DNA of 64,000 nucleotides, taken from positions 19,048-83,047 of the forward strand of contig JAHWGK010000001.1 in the NCBI GenBank assembly GCA_020054495.1, given 5' to 3'. Source of the stretch: Thermoplasmata archaeon. Lineage in GTDB: Archaea; Thermoplasmatota; E2; DHVEG-1. Positions 9,937 to 20,184 of this stretch are shown one piece after another (the stretch's first letter is position 1; the number at the start of each line of letters is the position of its first letter). Both the position numbers and the translations under genes were made by a program. Below the pieces are notes generated by a model. That model had not been told where the DNA came from. It saw only the letters and a program-made list of their open reading frames with translations, and ran no database searches.

Positions 9937-11132
9937 TGTCTGAAAAGTTAGCCTTACATGGTGGACCTCCCATTAGAAAAGAATTTTTACCATATGGACG
10001 TCAATGGATAAATGATGACGACATAAAGGCAGTTACTGATGTTTTGAAAACTGATTGGATAACACAAGGTCCCAAAGTAGTCGAATTTGAAAAAAAGGTT
10101 GCGGATTACAGTAATACAAAGTATGCCGTTGCTTTTTCATCGGGCACAGCAGCACTACATGCAGCCGCATATGTTGCAGGAATTACAAATGGAGATGAAG
10201 TTATTACCACCCCTATTACTTTTGCAGCAGATGGAAACTGTGTATTATTTACTGGAGGGACAGTTAAATTTGCTGATATCAAAAAAGATACCTATAATAT
10301 TGACCCAAAGAAAATAAAAGAACAAATCACAAAAAAAACAAAGGCATTAATACCTGTAGATTACACAGGACAACCCTGTGATATTAATGAAATAAATGAA
10401 ATCGCAGAAAAAAATAATCTTACAGTAATAGAAGATGCATCTCATGCAATAGGAGCAGAATATAAAAATAAAAAAGTGGGAGGATTAACGGATTTAACAG
10501 TATTCAGCTTCCATCCTGTGAAAACAATCACAACTGGGGAGGGAGGAATGGCTCTTACTAATAATGAAGAGTTATATGAAAAACTGCAAATTTTCAGAAC
10601 ACATGGAATTACTAGGGATACTAAGAAACTACAAAAGAACGAAGGAGCGTGGTATTACGAAATGCAAACTCTTGGATATAATTACAGAATCACTGATTTT
10701 CAATGTGCACTAGGAATAAGTCAGCTTAAAAAAATTGATAATTTTATCAAAAAAAGAAGAGATATCGCCACCAAATATAATGAAGCATTCGAAAGCTTGG
10801 ACGAAATAATAACACCATATGAAAAAAAGGATGTTAAATCCACATATCACATCTATATGATACAACTGGATCTAGGAGATTTAAAGGCCAATAGAAAAAC
10901 AATATTTGACGCATTTAGAGCAGAAAACATTGGTGTACATGTACATTATATACCTCTTCATCTACAACCGTATTATAGGGAGAGATTTGGATATAAAAAA
11001 GGTGACTTTCCCATTGCTGAAGCATATTATAATAAAGCATTAACATTACCCTTGTTTCCCAAAATGAAAGATGAAGATGTGAATGATGTAATTGAGGCCG
11101 TAGAAAAAGTAATTAGCTATTATCAAAAATAG
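9936..11132 (+). CDS. pseC: UDP-4-amino-4,6-dideoxy-N-acetyl-L-altrosamine transaminase
   Basis: PYGRQWI, TQGPKV, FSFHPVKTITTGEGG, WYYEMQTLGYNYR, VHVHYIP; coupled to pseB (TAATG). Confidence 0.9.
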   Translation: MSEKLALHGGPPIRKEFLPYGRQWINDDDIKAVTDVLKTDWITQGPKVVEFEKKVADYSNTKYAVAFSSGTAALHAAAYVAGITNGDEVITTPITFAADGNCVLFTGGTVKFADIKKDTYNIDPKKIKEQITKKTKALIPVDYTGQPCDINEINEIAEKNNLTVIEDASHAIGAEYKNKKVGGLTDLTVFSFHPVKTITTGEGGMALTNNEELYEKLQIFRTHGITRDTKKLQKNEGAWYYEMQTLGYNYRITDFQCALGISQLKKIDNFIKKRRDIATKYNEAFESLDEIITPYEKKDVKSTYHIYMIQLDLGDLKANRKTIFDAFRAENIGVHVHYIPLHLQPYYRERFGYKKGDFPIAEAYYNKALTLPLFPKMKDEDVNDVIEAVEKVISYYQK

Positions 11133-11141
11133 GTTATATTA

Positions 11142-11816
11142 ATGAAATCTATCGCTATAATTCCAGCAAGAGGCGGAAGTAAAGCAATTCCGAGGAAGAA
11201 TATAATTGAATTGGGCGGTAAACCACTAATAGCATATGTGATAGAAGCTGCGTTAAAGGTAAAAAAATTAGATCGAGTAATAGTTTCAACTGAAGACATG
11301 AAAATAGCAGAAATTGCAAAAAAATATGGAGCAGAATTACCATTTTTAAGACCGAAAGAACTAGCAAAAGATGAAACACCTACTTTACCAGTCTTACAGC
11401 ATGCCGTAAGAGTTCTTGAAGAAAAAGAGGATTACAAGCCAGATATAGTTGTTTTATTGTATGCTACATTTCCACTGCTTCAAGCTGAAAAAATATCTGA
11501 AGCAATACGGATGATTAAAGACGAAGGTTTCGATTCAGTTATTAGTGTAACTAAAGATAAAGGACATTACTGGGTAGAAGAAGATAATAATTATATTAGA
11601 TTGTATCCAAAAATCATTGAAAACAGACAGCTTGTTCAACCATTGTTTAAAGAAAATGGAGCGATTTATGCATGTAAAAGAGGTCTGCTCATGGAAAAAA
11701 ATGAAATTGTTAGTGGAAATATTGGATTTTTAATAATGAAAAAAGAGGAATCGGTTGATATCGACGAACAAATGGATTTTGAATTTGCTGAGTTCCTTTT
11801 AACAAAAAAAATATAA
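11142..11816 (+). CDS. pseF: CMP-nonulosonate synthetase (acylneuraminate cytidylyltransferase)
   Basis: IPARGGSKAIPRKN, VSTED, LRPKELAKD, ENGAIY, SVDID. Confidence 0.85.
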   Translation: MKSIAIIPARGGSKAIPRKNIIELGGKPLIAYVIEAALKVKKLDRVIVSTEDMKIAEIAKKYGAELPFLRPKELAKDETPTLPVLQHAVRVLEEKEDYKPDIVVLLYATFPLLQAEKISEAIRMIKDEGFDSVISVTKDKGHYWVEEDNNYIRLYPKIIENRQLVQPLFKENGAIYACKRGLLMEKNEIVSGNIGFLIMKKEESVDIDEQMDFEFAEFLLTKKI

Positions 11817-11904
11817 GCAATATTTACATATTAATGCTTAATTAAAATATTATCAACAAATATAGGAGAGACGGTTCTCAAATATTTAAACGGGAGAGAT
11901 TTGA

Positions 11905-13110
11905 TTGAGATACTGCAAGAAATGCATTATGCCGGATACTAGACCCGAACAAGTATTTGATAATGATGGTATTTGTGATGCATGTAACTCCTCAGAAAAG
12001 AAACACAGAGACATTGACTGGCAGCAAAGGAGAAAGGAATTTGAGAAAATTTTAGATCGTTATCGTTGCAAGGACGGAAGCTGGTGGGATTGTATAGTTC
12101 CTGTTAGTGGAGGAAAAGATAGTTGTTATCAAGCAGTTCAGATGAAATATGAATATGAGATGAATCCTCTACTTGTTAATTTTATTCCTTGTGAGATGAC
12201 TGAGGTGGGTTTAAAGAACATACTGTGGTTGAGAGACCAAGGTTTTGACATGATTCAGGTTGGGGGGAACAGAAAAATCTACAAACAAATGGTTCGAAAA
12301 GGTTTCTTTGATTTAGGCGATTGTTGTTGGCCTGAACATATTGGTATTTTCACAGCACCTGCCAGAGTTGCGGTGCAATATAATGTTCCGTTGCTTATAT
12401 GGGGAGAAAACTCTCAATTTGAATATGGCGGACCAGCTTCAAAAAGAGAAAACAACTATCTAGATCGTAATTGGTTGGAACAATTTCAGATGCTAGGTTA
12501 TCGTATTTCTGATCTGTATCATGAAGGATATAACAAAAAGGATCTATTGACTTGGGAATATCCATCAGATGAAGAACTTAAAGAAGTGGGAGTAACAGGT
12601 TTGTTCCTAGGATATTACAAAAAATGGGATACCTATGAACATGCACAAAAAATGATAAAGATGGGTTGGAATGTCAATCCTGGTGGAGGTCCTGTTGAAG
12701 GATCATATTATAATTTTGAGAATTTAGATTGCAAATGGATTACTGGATTGCATGATTATCTTAAATTCCTAAAATATGGCTATGGGCGAGCTACTGACGA
12801 ACTTTGTATTGAGATTAGAGCCGGACGTATTGATCGCGAAGAGGCAATCCGAATAGTGCGAAACTTAGAAGGGAAAATACCCAGAAAATATCTCAAAGAT
12901 TTCTTAGATTTTATTGACTGCACTGAGGAAGAATTTTTTAAGACTTTAGATCGATTTACAAATCGGAAAATATTCCTTACTGATGAGAATGGTAATTTCA
13001 TAAAAGATGAAAATGGAGATGTTATCAAGAAAGATTATGGTTATGATGAAAGTGAGGGTTTTGCCTTGGAACATGGGGAGGATGCAAAAAAAATTGATTA
13101 CAGTTATTGA
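11905..13110 (+). CDS. N-acetyl sugar amidotransferase (PseA/WbuX/WbpG family)
   Basis: N-terminal YCKKCIMPDTRP...CDAC, PP-loop VSGGKDS, WGEN...EYGG, KFLKYGYGRAT. Confidence 0.9.
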   Translation: MRYCKKCIMPDTRPEQVFDNDGICDACNSSEKKHRDIDWQQRRKEFEKILDRYRCKDGSWWDCIVPVSGGKDSCYQAVQMKYEYEMNPLLVNFIPCEMTEVGLKNILWLRDQGFDMIQVGGNRKIYKQMVRKGFFDLGDCCWPEHIGIFTAPARVAVQYNVPLLIWGENSQFEYGGPASKRENNYLDRNWLEQFQMLGYRISDLYHEGYNKKDLLTWEYPSDEELKEVGVTGLFLGYYKKWDTYEHAQKMIKMGWNVNPGGGPVEGSYYNFENLDCKWITGLHDYLKFLKYGYGRATDELCIEIRAGRIDREEAIRIVRNLEGKIPRKYLKDFLDFIDCTEEEFFKTLDRFTNRKIFLTDENGNFIKDENGDVIKKDYGYDESEGFALEHGEDAKKIDYSY

Positions 13111-13705
13111 TGTTAATATAGGTAATGTAAACAGTGTTAGTAAAGCTTTGAACTATCTGAAAGTAGACCATAAAGTCACAAATAATCTAGATGATATTTT
13201 AGAATCAGATAAAATAATTTTTCCAGGGGTTGGAAGTTTTTATGAAGCATCAAAAAGAATCAAAGCCTCTGGGATAAAAGATGTTTTAAAAAAAAGAGTT
13301 CTTGAAGATAAAATTCCCATTTTAGGAATATGTCTTGGCATGCAACTTTTAGCAACTACTGGAGAAGAAGTAAAAAAATCAGAAGGACTAGATTTGATTA
13401 AGGGGAAAGTTGCTATACACCGTGCATCAAAAGAGGGTTTACGTCTACCGCATATTGGATGGAACGATGTAACTTTCAAAGATTTCAAATTATTTGACTC
13501 TATTAAAAATGGATCATGTTTCTATTTTGTACATAGTTACGAAATGATTCCATCTGAAGAAGTAAAAGTTGCATACACTAATTACGGAGTCGATTATGTT
13601 GCAGCTATCCAAAAAGATAATATTTTAGGTGTTCAATTCCATCCTGAAAAAAGCCAGCATGTTGGTTTAAGATTATTAAAAAACTATTGTGAGGGGAAAT
13701 TTTAA
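13082..13705 (+). CDS. HisH-like glutamine amidotransferase subunit (WbuY-type)
   Basis: GNVNSV, PGVGSF, GICLGMQ, PHIGWN, YFVHSY, QFHPEKS. Start moved to ATG 13082 (GGGGAG SD) from the track's 13007. Confidence 0.88.
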   Translation: MQKKLITVIDVNIGNVNSVSKALNYLKVDHKVTNNLDDILESDKIIFPGVGSFYEASKRIKASGIKDVLKKRVLEDKIPILGICLGMQLLATTGEEVKKSEGLDLIKGKVAIHRASKEGLRLPHIGWNDVTFKDFKLFDSIKNGSCFYFVHSYEMIPSEEVKVAYTNYGVDYVAAIQKDNILGVQFHPEKSQHVGLRLLKNYCEGKF

Positions 13706-14481
13706 TGCTACGATACAGGGTTATTCCACTTGTTCTTCTCGATGGATATTCGGTTGTAAAAACCATTCAGTTTGATATTCGTCGTAATCAGGGAAATCCT
13801 ATTGTAGTATCAAGAATTTATAACAGTAGAAACGTGGATGAACTAATGCTACTTGATATTGATGCTTCAAAAGAAGACAGAGGAATAGATTTACATACTG
13901 TTGACGCTGCATCCTCTGAATGTTTTATGCCTTTGACAGTAGGTGGAGGACTTAAAACCTGCGAAGATATAACTAAAGCACTAAAAGCTGGAGCAGATAA
14001 AATTTCTCTAAATACCATTATATTTGACAAACCCGAGTTTCTAAAAGAAGCCGTTTCTGTTTTTGGCAGTCAATGTATTGTTGCCTCAATTGATATCAAA
14101 AAAAATGAAATTGGCGAATGGGAGCTATTTTCACATTCAAATAGAAACGTCAATATGAGTTTAGATGAAATGCTGGATTTTCTGATAAAATCAGATGTGG
14201 GAGAAATACTAGTTAATAGTGTTGATTTAGATGGTACAATGAGTGGTTATGATCTGGATTTAATTGAACATGTATCTTCTGCAACAAATATTCCAGTTAT
14301 TGCAGCAGGTGGAGCATCTGGTCCAAATGATTGTAGTAGAGCAATAACAACAGGGGCATCTGCTGTATCAGCTGCGAGTATATTTCATTTCACAAGTTAT
14401 ACTCCAAGAACATGTAAAGAAGATATGGATAAACATGGAATACCAACAAGACTATTAGATATTGAAGACACAAAATTCTAA
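13705..14481 (+). CDS. HisF-like cyclase-fold subunit (WbuZ/AglZ-type)
   Basis: RVIP, DELMLLDI, FMPLTVGGG, GADKI, FGSQCIV, DGTMSGYD, ASIFHF. Confidence 0.88.
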   Translation: MLRYRVIPLVLLDGYSVVKTIQFDIRRNQGNPIVVSRIYNSRNVDELMLLDIDASKEDRGIDLHTVDAASSECFMPLTVGGGLKTCEDITKALKAGADKISLNTIIFDKPEFLKEAVSVFGSQCIVASIDIKKNEIGEWELFSHSNRNVNMSLDEMLDFLIKSDVGEILVNSVDLDGTMSGYDLDLIEHVSSATNIPVIAAGGASGPNDCSRAITTGASAVSAASIFHFTSYTPRTCKEDMDKHGIPTRLLDIEDTKF

Positions 14482-14513
14482 ATTAAAATATCAAATATCG
14501 GAGTAAGATCTGT

Positions 14514-15509
14514 ATGAGAATTGCTTTTAGAGTTGATGCTTCCAGAGAAATTGGAATCGGGCATCTAATGAGATGTCTTGCTTTATCAGAGGAATTACAA
14601 AAACAGGGTCATAAATGTTACATTTTATCAGAAACAAGCAAGGAAATAATAACTAATAAAATAAGTGAGTTCCAAGTTGAATTTTATAAGATAAATGAAT
14701 TAGCCGATGCGATTAAAATTTCAAAAGAAAACTGTATTGATTGGATTATTACAGATTGTTATAGTTTAAACTCAGAATATATTAAAAAATTAAAGGAGAC
14801 CTTCAAAGTTTTATCAATAGATGATAATGCTTTGATACATTATTATTCAGATGCAATAGTCAATCAAAATATCGGTGCAGATAAACTTGATTATTCAGCG
14901 GAGGAATATACTAGATTTTTCCTTGGATCTAAATATGTAATGATGAGAAATGAGCTGTTAAAAAGAAATGAGAAAAAAGAGAAAGACAAAGTTAAAAAAA
15001 TATTAATAACACTAGGAGGCGCAGATAAAGATAATTTTACATTAGAAATTTTAAAGATATTAAAAACAATAGATGAAAATGTCGAAGTTATAGCTGTTAT
15101 TGGTCCTTTTAACCCTTTTTACAATGTTCTCAAAGAATACGTAAACAAATCCAATTTAATGGTTAATTTAATTAAATCCCCTGAAAAAATGACAGACATT
15201 TATCTAGAGTCAGACATAGCTATTAGCGCAGGTGGAACATCTTGTTATGAACTTGCGTATTATGGCATTCCAAATCTAATTATAACTATTGCTGAAAATC
15301 AATTAAACATTGCAAAAGAGCTCGATAGACAAGGAATTAGCATATATCTTGGTGACCAGAAAGATGTAACAAGTGAAAAAATCAAAGAGAAGGTTAAAGA
15401 ATTAATAAACAATCATTCTTTAAGAAAAAGTATGAGCCAAAATGGAAGGAATCTGGTAGATGGACTGGGTAAAAAAAGAATTGTGGATTTTATGGAGAGT
15501 TATAATTGA
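14514..15509 (+). CDS. pseG: UDP-2,4-diacetamido-2,4,6-trideoxy-beta-L-altropyranose hydrolase
   Basis: FRVDASREIGIGHLMRCLAL, ITLGGAD, AISAGGTSCYEL, IAENQ. Confidence 0.9.
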   Translation: MRIAFRVDASREIGIGHLMRCLALSEELQKQGHKCYILSETSKEIITNKISEFQVEFYKINELADAIKISKENCIDWIITDCYSLNSEYIKKLKETFKVLSIDDNALIHYYSDAIVNQNIGADKLDYSAEEYTRFFLGSKYVMMRNELLKRNEKKEKDKVKKILITLGGADKDNFTLEILKILKTIDENVEVIAVIGPFNPFYNVLKEYVNKSNLMVNLIKSPEKMTDIYLESDIAISAGGTSCYELAYYGIPNLIITIAENQLNIAKELDRQGISIYLGDQKDVTSEKIKEKVKELINNHSLRKSMSQNGRNLVDGLGKKRIVDFMESYN

Positions 15510-16543
15510 AGAAAGAAGTAAAAATCGGAAATAAAACAGTTGGAGATGGATACTCAACTTATATTATTGCAGAAATTGGAGCAAATCATAATTGTAATAT
15601 GAAAATTGCAAAAGAGCTAATCGATAAAGCAGCAGATGCACACGTTGATTCAGTTAAATTTCAAACATATAAAGCAGAAAAGCTTTATTCAAAAAAGGCA
15701 CCTCAGTTTTCAAAGGACGATATGAAACCATTTGACCTGATAAAATCAGTTGAGTTGCCAAGGAAATGGCATAAAGAACTATTTGAATATGCTGTTGAAA
15801 AAAATTTACATTTTATATCAAGCCCGTTTGATTTTGAAGCAGTTGATTTATTAAACGAAATTGGAGTTCCAGCATTTAAAATAGCTTCATTTGAAATCAC
15901 AGATCTTGAATTGTTGAAATATACAGCTGAAAAAAAGAAACCGATTATTCTATCAACAGGGATGGCAGATTTTGAGGAGATAAACGAGGCTTTAGAAGCA
16001 ATTATATCTACAGGAAATGATGATATTATTTTACTTCACTGTAACTCAATGTATCCTGCCCCCATTGAAATAGTTAATCTAAATGCAATACAGACGATGT
16101 CTCAAGAATTTAAGATACCTGTAGGTTTTTCCGATCATACTCTTGGAATTCATATACCTGTTGCAGCAGTTGCAAAAGGAGCGAAGTTAATAGAAAAACA
16201 TTTTACACTAGATAGGGCAATGAGCGGGCCTGATCATAGTTTTGCAATTGAACCACATGATCTTAAACAAATGGTTCAAAATATTAGGGATATTGAAAAG
16301 GCATTAGGAAATGGGAAAAAAGTTTTATCAAAAGCTGAAAAAGAGATGTATGAAAAAGGGAGAAGAAGCCTTATTGCTTCCCAGGATATTCCAAAAGGAA
16401 CAAAAATTACAAGAGAAATGATTATTATTAAACGGCCGGGTTATGGTATCAAACCAAAATTCTTAAACGATATAGTGGGAAAAATAGCTAAAAGAGACGT
16501 CGAGGAAGACCAATGGATCACATGGGAGGATATCAAAAAATAA
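15506..16543 (+). CDS. pseI: Pseudaminic acid synthase (NeuB family, with C-terminal SAF domain)
   Basis: IAEIGANHN, VKFQTY, KIASFE, ILSTGMA, GFSDHT, EKHFTLDR, KRPGYGI; within pse cluster. Confidence 0.85.
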   Translation: MKKEVKIGNKTVGDGYSTYIIAEIGANHNCNMKIAKELIDKAADAHVDSVKFQTYKAEKLYSKKAPQFSKDDMKPFDLIKSVELPRKWHKELFEYAVEKNLHFISSPFDFEAVDLLNEIGVPAFKIASFEITDLELLKYTAEKKKPIILSTGMADFEEINEALEAIISTGNDDIILLHCNSMYPAPIEIVNLNAIQTMSQEFKIPVGFSDHTLGIHIPVAAVAKGAKLIEKHFTLDRAMSGPDHSFAIEPHDLKQMVQNIRDIEKALGNGKKVLSKAEKEMYEKGRRSLIASQDIPKGTKITREMIIIKRPGYGIKPKFLNDIVGKIAKRDVEEDQWITWEDIKK

Positions 16544-16568
16544 ATATCAAATGTTTTAGGTTTTTAAA

Positions 16569-17105
16569 ATGAATATTGAATTTGTAAATATACTAGATGT
16601 AGATGAAGAAGCAATTGAACTTGTTAGAAATTGGAGGAACAGCAAGAAAGTAAGCCAATACATGTTTACTAATCATCATATAAACAAAGAAGAACATCAA
16701 AGATGGATAGAAAAACTAAAAACCAGCGATACTGGAAAGGCATGGGTAATTAAATACGATGGGAAACCAATAGGACTTGTGCAACTGTCAAACATTGACT
16801 ATATTAATAAAACAACAGAGTGGGGTTTTTACATAGCAGATGATTCAGTGAGGGGAAAAGGTATTGGAGCTACTTCTTTGTATAAATTAATTGAATTTAT
16901 ATTCGATGAAATGAAGTTTGAAAAGATGAGAACAATGGTGCTTGAAAACAACCCCGTCGCATTGGAACTTTATAAAAAATTTGGTTTTAAGAAAGAAGGA
17001 GAACTTGAAGAAAAACTCGAAAGAAATGAAAAACAGATAGATGTTTTGTTAATGAGCCTTCATAAGGACGAATGGGAAAACGTTAAACCAAATTTAAATC
17101 TGTAA
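16569..17105 (+). CDS. pseH: UDP-4-amino-altrosamine N-acetyltransferase (GNAT)
   Basis: VRNWRNS...YMFTNHHI..EEH, EWGFY, RGKGIG, LYKKFGF. Confidence 0.85.
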   Translation: MNIEFVNILDVDEEAIELVRNWRNSKKVSQYMFTNHHINKEEHQRWIEKLKTSDTGKAWVIKYDGKPIGLVQLSNIDYINKTTEWGFYIADDSVRGKGIGATSLYKLIEFIFDEMKFEKMRTMVLENNPVALELYKKFGFKKEGELEEKLERNEKQIDVLLMSLHKDEWENVKPNLNL

Positions 17106-17111
17106 AGGATT

Positions 17112-18704
17112 ATGTTTAAGAACCATTCGTTAATAAGACATACTCGAAAAACGGTTGATGAAATGTCGCTTGGAAGATATAACGAGAAAATTAAAACCAT
17201 CGATGGCCTTCGAAAAATAATTGGAAAACCTCCACGGAAAAAAAAGGTAATAATGTGTCATGGAACATTTGACATAGTTCATCCAGGACATATACGACAG
17301 CTTGCTTATGCTAAGGAAAAAGCAGATATCCTTGTTGCAAGTGTAACTGCAGATAAATATGTTGCCAAGGGAGAAGAAAAACCATTTGTTCCAGAAGAAT
17401 TACGTGCTAAAAACCTTGCAGCATTAGAACTAGTTGATTATGTAATAATAGATTACCACCAAAAGCCAATAGATAATATATTGAAAATAAAACCTGATCT
17501 ATTCATAAAAGGATTCGAATATGCAAAGGACGGCATACATCCAAAAACAAAAGAGGAAATAAAAGCAGTAAGCTCTTATGGCGGTGAAATAATTTTCAGC
17601 CCAGGAGATATCGTTTATTCATCTACACATCTTTTAACAGTTCATCGACCTAAGATAGCCCTTGATAAAATACTTGCCTATATGGATGTAGAAAACGTTG
17701 GCTTCAATGACATTCTGAATGTTCTAAAGAAGTTTAAAAACACCAAGGTACATGTTATTGGAGATACCATTGTTGATAAATACTCATATTGCACAGTTCT
17801 CGGTCCAACTACCAAAACACCTACTTTTAGCATAAAACTAGACTCCTCTGAAATGTTTTTAGGTGGAGCAGGAATAGTTGCAAAACACCTAAAAAATCTT
17901 GGGGCGGATGTTACATTCACGACATTACTAGGAAATGATGACCTAAAAGATTTCGTAATTAAGGATATTAAAAAATGGAACATAAAAACAAATGCAATTA
18001 TAGATAATACTAAACCTACCACTTTAAAAGAAAGATTCTGGGCAGATGGATACAAACTTTTACAAGTTGATACTGTGGATAATAGTATAGTATCCAATAA
18101 AATTCTAAAAGAAATGTGCAATCATATAAAACAAGACAAACATGATATATATGTTTTCAGTGATTTCAGACACGGCATCTTCAACAAAGAGACAATTAAA
18201 ACAATAATCGATAGCACAGATCCAAAAACAATAAAAGTTGCAGATAGTCAGGTAAGTAACAGATGGGGAAATATATTAGAGTTCAGTGGAGTAAATATTA
18301 TTTTCCCAAATGAAAAAGAGGCGAGATTTGCTCTTGGTGATCAAGATTTGGGAATTAGACCTCTTGCAGCACAGCTTTATAGAAAATCCAAGGCAAAATA
18401 TCTAGTATTAAAATTAGGGGAAAAAGGCATTCTGATTTATAGAAAACCCCGAGCACCTACCAAGCCAAGAGATTTCATATTTATTGACAGTTTTGTAGAA
18501 GAATTAAAAGATGCACTTGGTGCAGGAGATGCACTACTTGCTACAACATCTCTTGCATACAAATGCTCAAAAGATATTTTTATAAGTGCGATTCTTGGGA
18601 ATGCTGCGGCGGCTGTTGCATGTGAAAAAGAAGGAAATCATCCAGTATCAATAAAAGAAATAGAACAAAAGATAGAAAGCATTAGTAACAACAAATTTGA
18701 ATAA
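17112..18704 (+). CDS. Bifunctional nucleotidyltransferase / PfkB sugar kinase (HldE/RfaE-like, reversed domain order)
   Basis: N-terminal CHGTFDIVHPGH and KGFEY; C-terminal VIGDTIVDKY, GGAGIVA, TTLKERF, PNEKEAR, DALGAGDA. Confidence 0.88.
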   Translation: MFKNHSLIRHTRKTVDEMSLGRYNEKIKTIDGLRKIIGKPPRKKKVIMCHGTFDIVHPGHIRQLAYAKEKADILVASVTADKYVAKGEEKPFVPEELRAKNLAALELVDYVIIDYHQKPIDNILKIKPDLFIKGFEYAKDGIHPKTKEEIKAVSSYGGEIIFSPGDIVYSSTHLLTVHRPKIALDKILAYMDVENVGFNDILNVLKKFKNTKVHVIGDTIVDKYSYCTVLGPTTKTPTFSIKLDSSEMFLGGAGIVAKHLKNLGADVTFTTLLGNDDLKDFVIKDIKKWNIKTNAIIDNTKPTTLKERFWADGYKLLQVDTVDNSIVSNKILKEMCNHIKQDKHDIYVFSDFRHGIFNKETIKTIIDSTDPKTIKVADSQVSNRWGNILEFSGVNIIFPNEKEARFALGDQDLGIRPLAAQLYRKSKAKYLVLKLGEKGILIYRKPRAPTKPRDFIFIDSFVEELKDALGAGDALLATTSLAYKCSKDIFISAILGNAAAAVACEKEGNHPVSIKEIEQKIESISNNKFE

Positions 18705-18779
18705 GGTTTATTCTTAGAAAAAGTATTAAATAAACAGTAGATTACGAGAGTGGAGAAAAATACAAGGAGAAAAAAGATT

Positions 18780-19472
18780 ATGCCAATTTTTTTAGATTCA
18801 AGTATAACTTCTGAGATAAAAAAATTCCATAAAATGGGAATCATAAGAGGGATTACAACAAATCCAACTATAATGTTCAAAGATGGTGTTACTGGCGGAA
18901 TGGATGGAATTAAAGAGAGATCTAAAGAAATAGCTGATATTGTAAAACCTTATCCCGTATCAGTCGAGGTTATGACAAACGATCGAGATGGGATGATACA
19001 GCAAGCCAAGGAATTTTCAAAATGGGCTACAAATATTAATATAAAAATTACAGCACATGGTCCTAACGGCGAACTAGTCAATTTTGAAGTTGTCCACGAG
19101 CTTGAAAAAGTCCATAACATAAGGGTAAATACTACTGCAATGATGAGCGCACAACAATGTTTCTTAGCCGCCCTTGCGGGATCTACTTATGTTTCAATTT
19201 TTGGTGGAAGAGTAAACAATATGGGCTATAACTGCTGTGATGAAATACAAAAATTAAGAACTGCAATTGATGACTTTGATCTTAAATCAAAAATTATTGT
19301 AGGCTCAACCCGTGAAGTTTTAAACACCATCGAATGGTTAAATGCAGGTGCTCATATTGTAACAATTGCCCCTAAATTATTGGAGGGGATGATTGTTCAT
19401 CCTTACACTAAAGAAACTGTTCAAATGTTTTTATCTGATGCTGGAAAAATCAAATCAATGCTAAATAAATAA
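18780..19472 (+). CDS. Transaldolase (short TalC/FSA family)
   Basis: IFLDS, GITTNPT, SVEV, Schiff-base NIKI, YVSIFGGR, GSTR, HPYT; ATG 18780 preceded by AAGGAG. Confidence 0.88.
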   Translation: MPIFLDSSITSEIKKFHKMGIIRGITTNPTIMFKDGVTGGMDGIKERSKEIADIVKPYPVSVEVMTNDRDGMIQQAKEFSKWATNINIKITAHGPNGELVNFEVVHELEKVHNIRVNTTAMMSAQQCFLAALAGSTYVSIFGGRVNNMGYNCCDEIQKLRTAIDDFDLKSKIIVGSTREVLNTIEWLNAGAHIVTIAPKLLEGMIVHPYTKETVQMFLSDAGKIKSMLNK

Positions 19473-19518
19473 AACTTGGAAAAAATTCAAATCCTTGTAT
19501 TTTTACCGATGGGATGTG

Positions 19519-20061
19519 ATGAGCATTAAAAATAAGGCAGTGTTTCTTGATAGAGACGGCGTAATCAATGAAGTAGTATTTCATAATAGTGAAAAGCCAT
19601 CATCACCATGGAATTTCAATGAATTTAAGCTTATAAAAGGAGTGAAAGAACCATTGGAAGCCCTAGCAAAAATAGGATATTTACTTTTTGTAATATCAAA
19701 TCAACCTGATATATCACGAGGGTTTGTTGAAAAAGGAACGACTGAGAAAATAAGCCGGATAATCTATGATAAATACCCTGTTAAAGAGATTATAGTTTGT
19801 CCTCATGATGATCATCATAATTGTAACTGCCGTAAACCCAAACCTGGGATGATTTTAGAACTATCAAAAAAATATGATGTTGATTTAAAAAAATCGTTTT
19901 TAATTGGTGATAACTGGAAAGATACTGAAGCAGGGGAAAAAGCTGGATGTACAACTATTTTATTGGATAAAACTTATAATAAATCTGTTGAGTCTGATTA
20001 TAGAACAGAAAATCTAAACACAGCTGTAAAGTTGATAAAATCTATTCATAATAAAAATTAA
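19519..20061 (+). CDS. gmhB: Heptose/octose bisphosphate phosphatase (HAD IIIA, GmhB-like)
   Basis: FLDRDGVIN, SNQPD, CPHDDHHNCNCRKPKPGM, IGDNWKD. Confidence 0.85.
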   Translation: MSIKNKAVFLDRDGVINEVVFHNSEKPSSPWNFNEFKLIKGVKEPLEALAKIGYLLFVISNQPDISRGFVEKGTTEKISRIIYDKYPVKEIIVCPHDDHHNCNCRKPKPGMILELSKKYDVDLKKSFLIGDNWKDTEAGEKAGCTTILLDKTYNKSVESDYRTENLNTAVKLIKSIHNKN

Positions 20062-20184
20062 ATCTGTTTATTAATTTTATTTAAAAAAATATTTCGATAA
20101 AATAATTTTAATGAATTCTAAAAACCATAGAAATTATTAAAAAATATCTTTATATAGAGGATATTCAAATTATGGAGTTAAATA

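Noticed and set aside
12981..13035. Short DENGxxIK tandem repeat at the amidotransferase C-terminus
   Set aside because: Only two degenerate copies within coding sequence; no evidence of independent function
13082..14481. hisH/hisF as histidine biosynthesis genes
   Set aside because: They are adjacent to an N-acetyl sugar amidotransferase inside the pse cluster with no other his genes; ammonia-supply paralogues fit better
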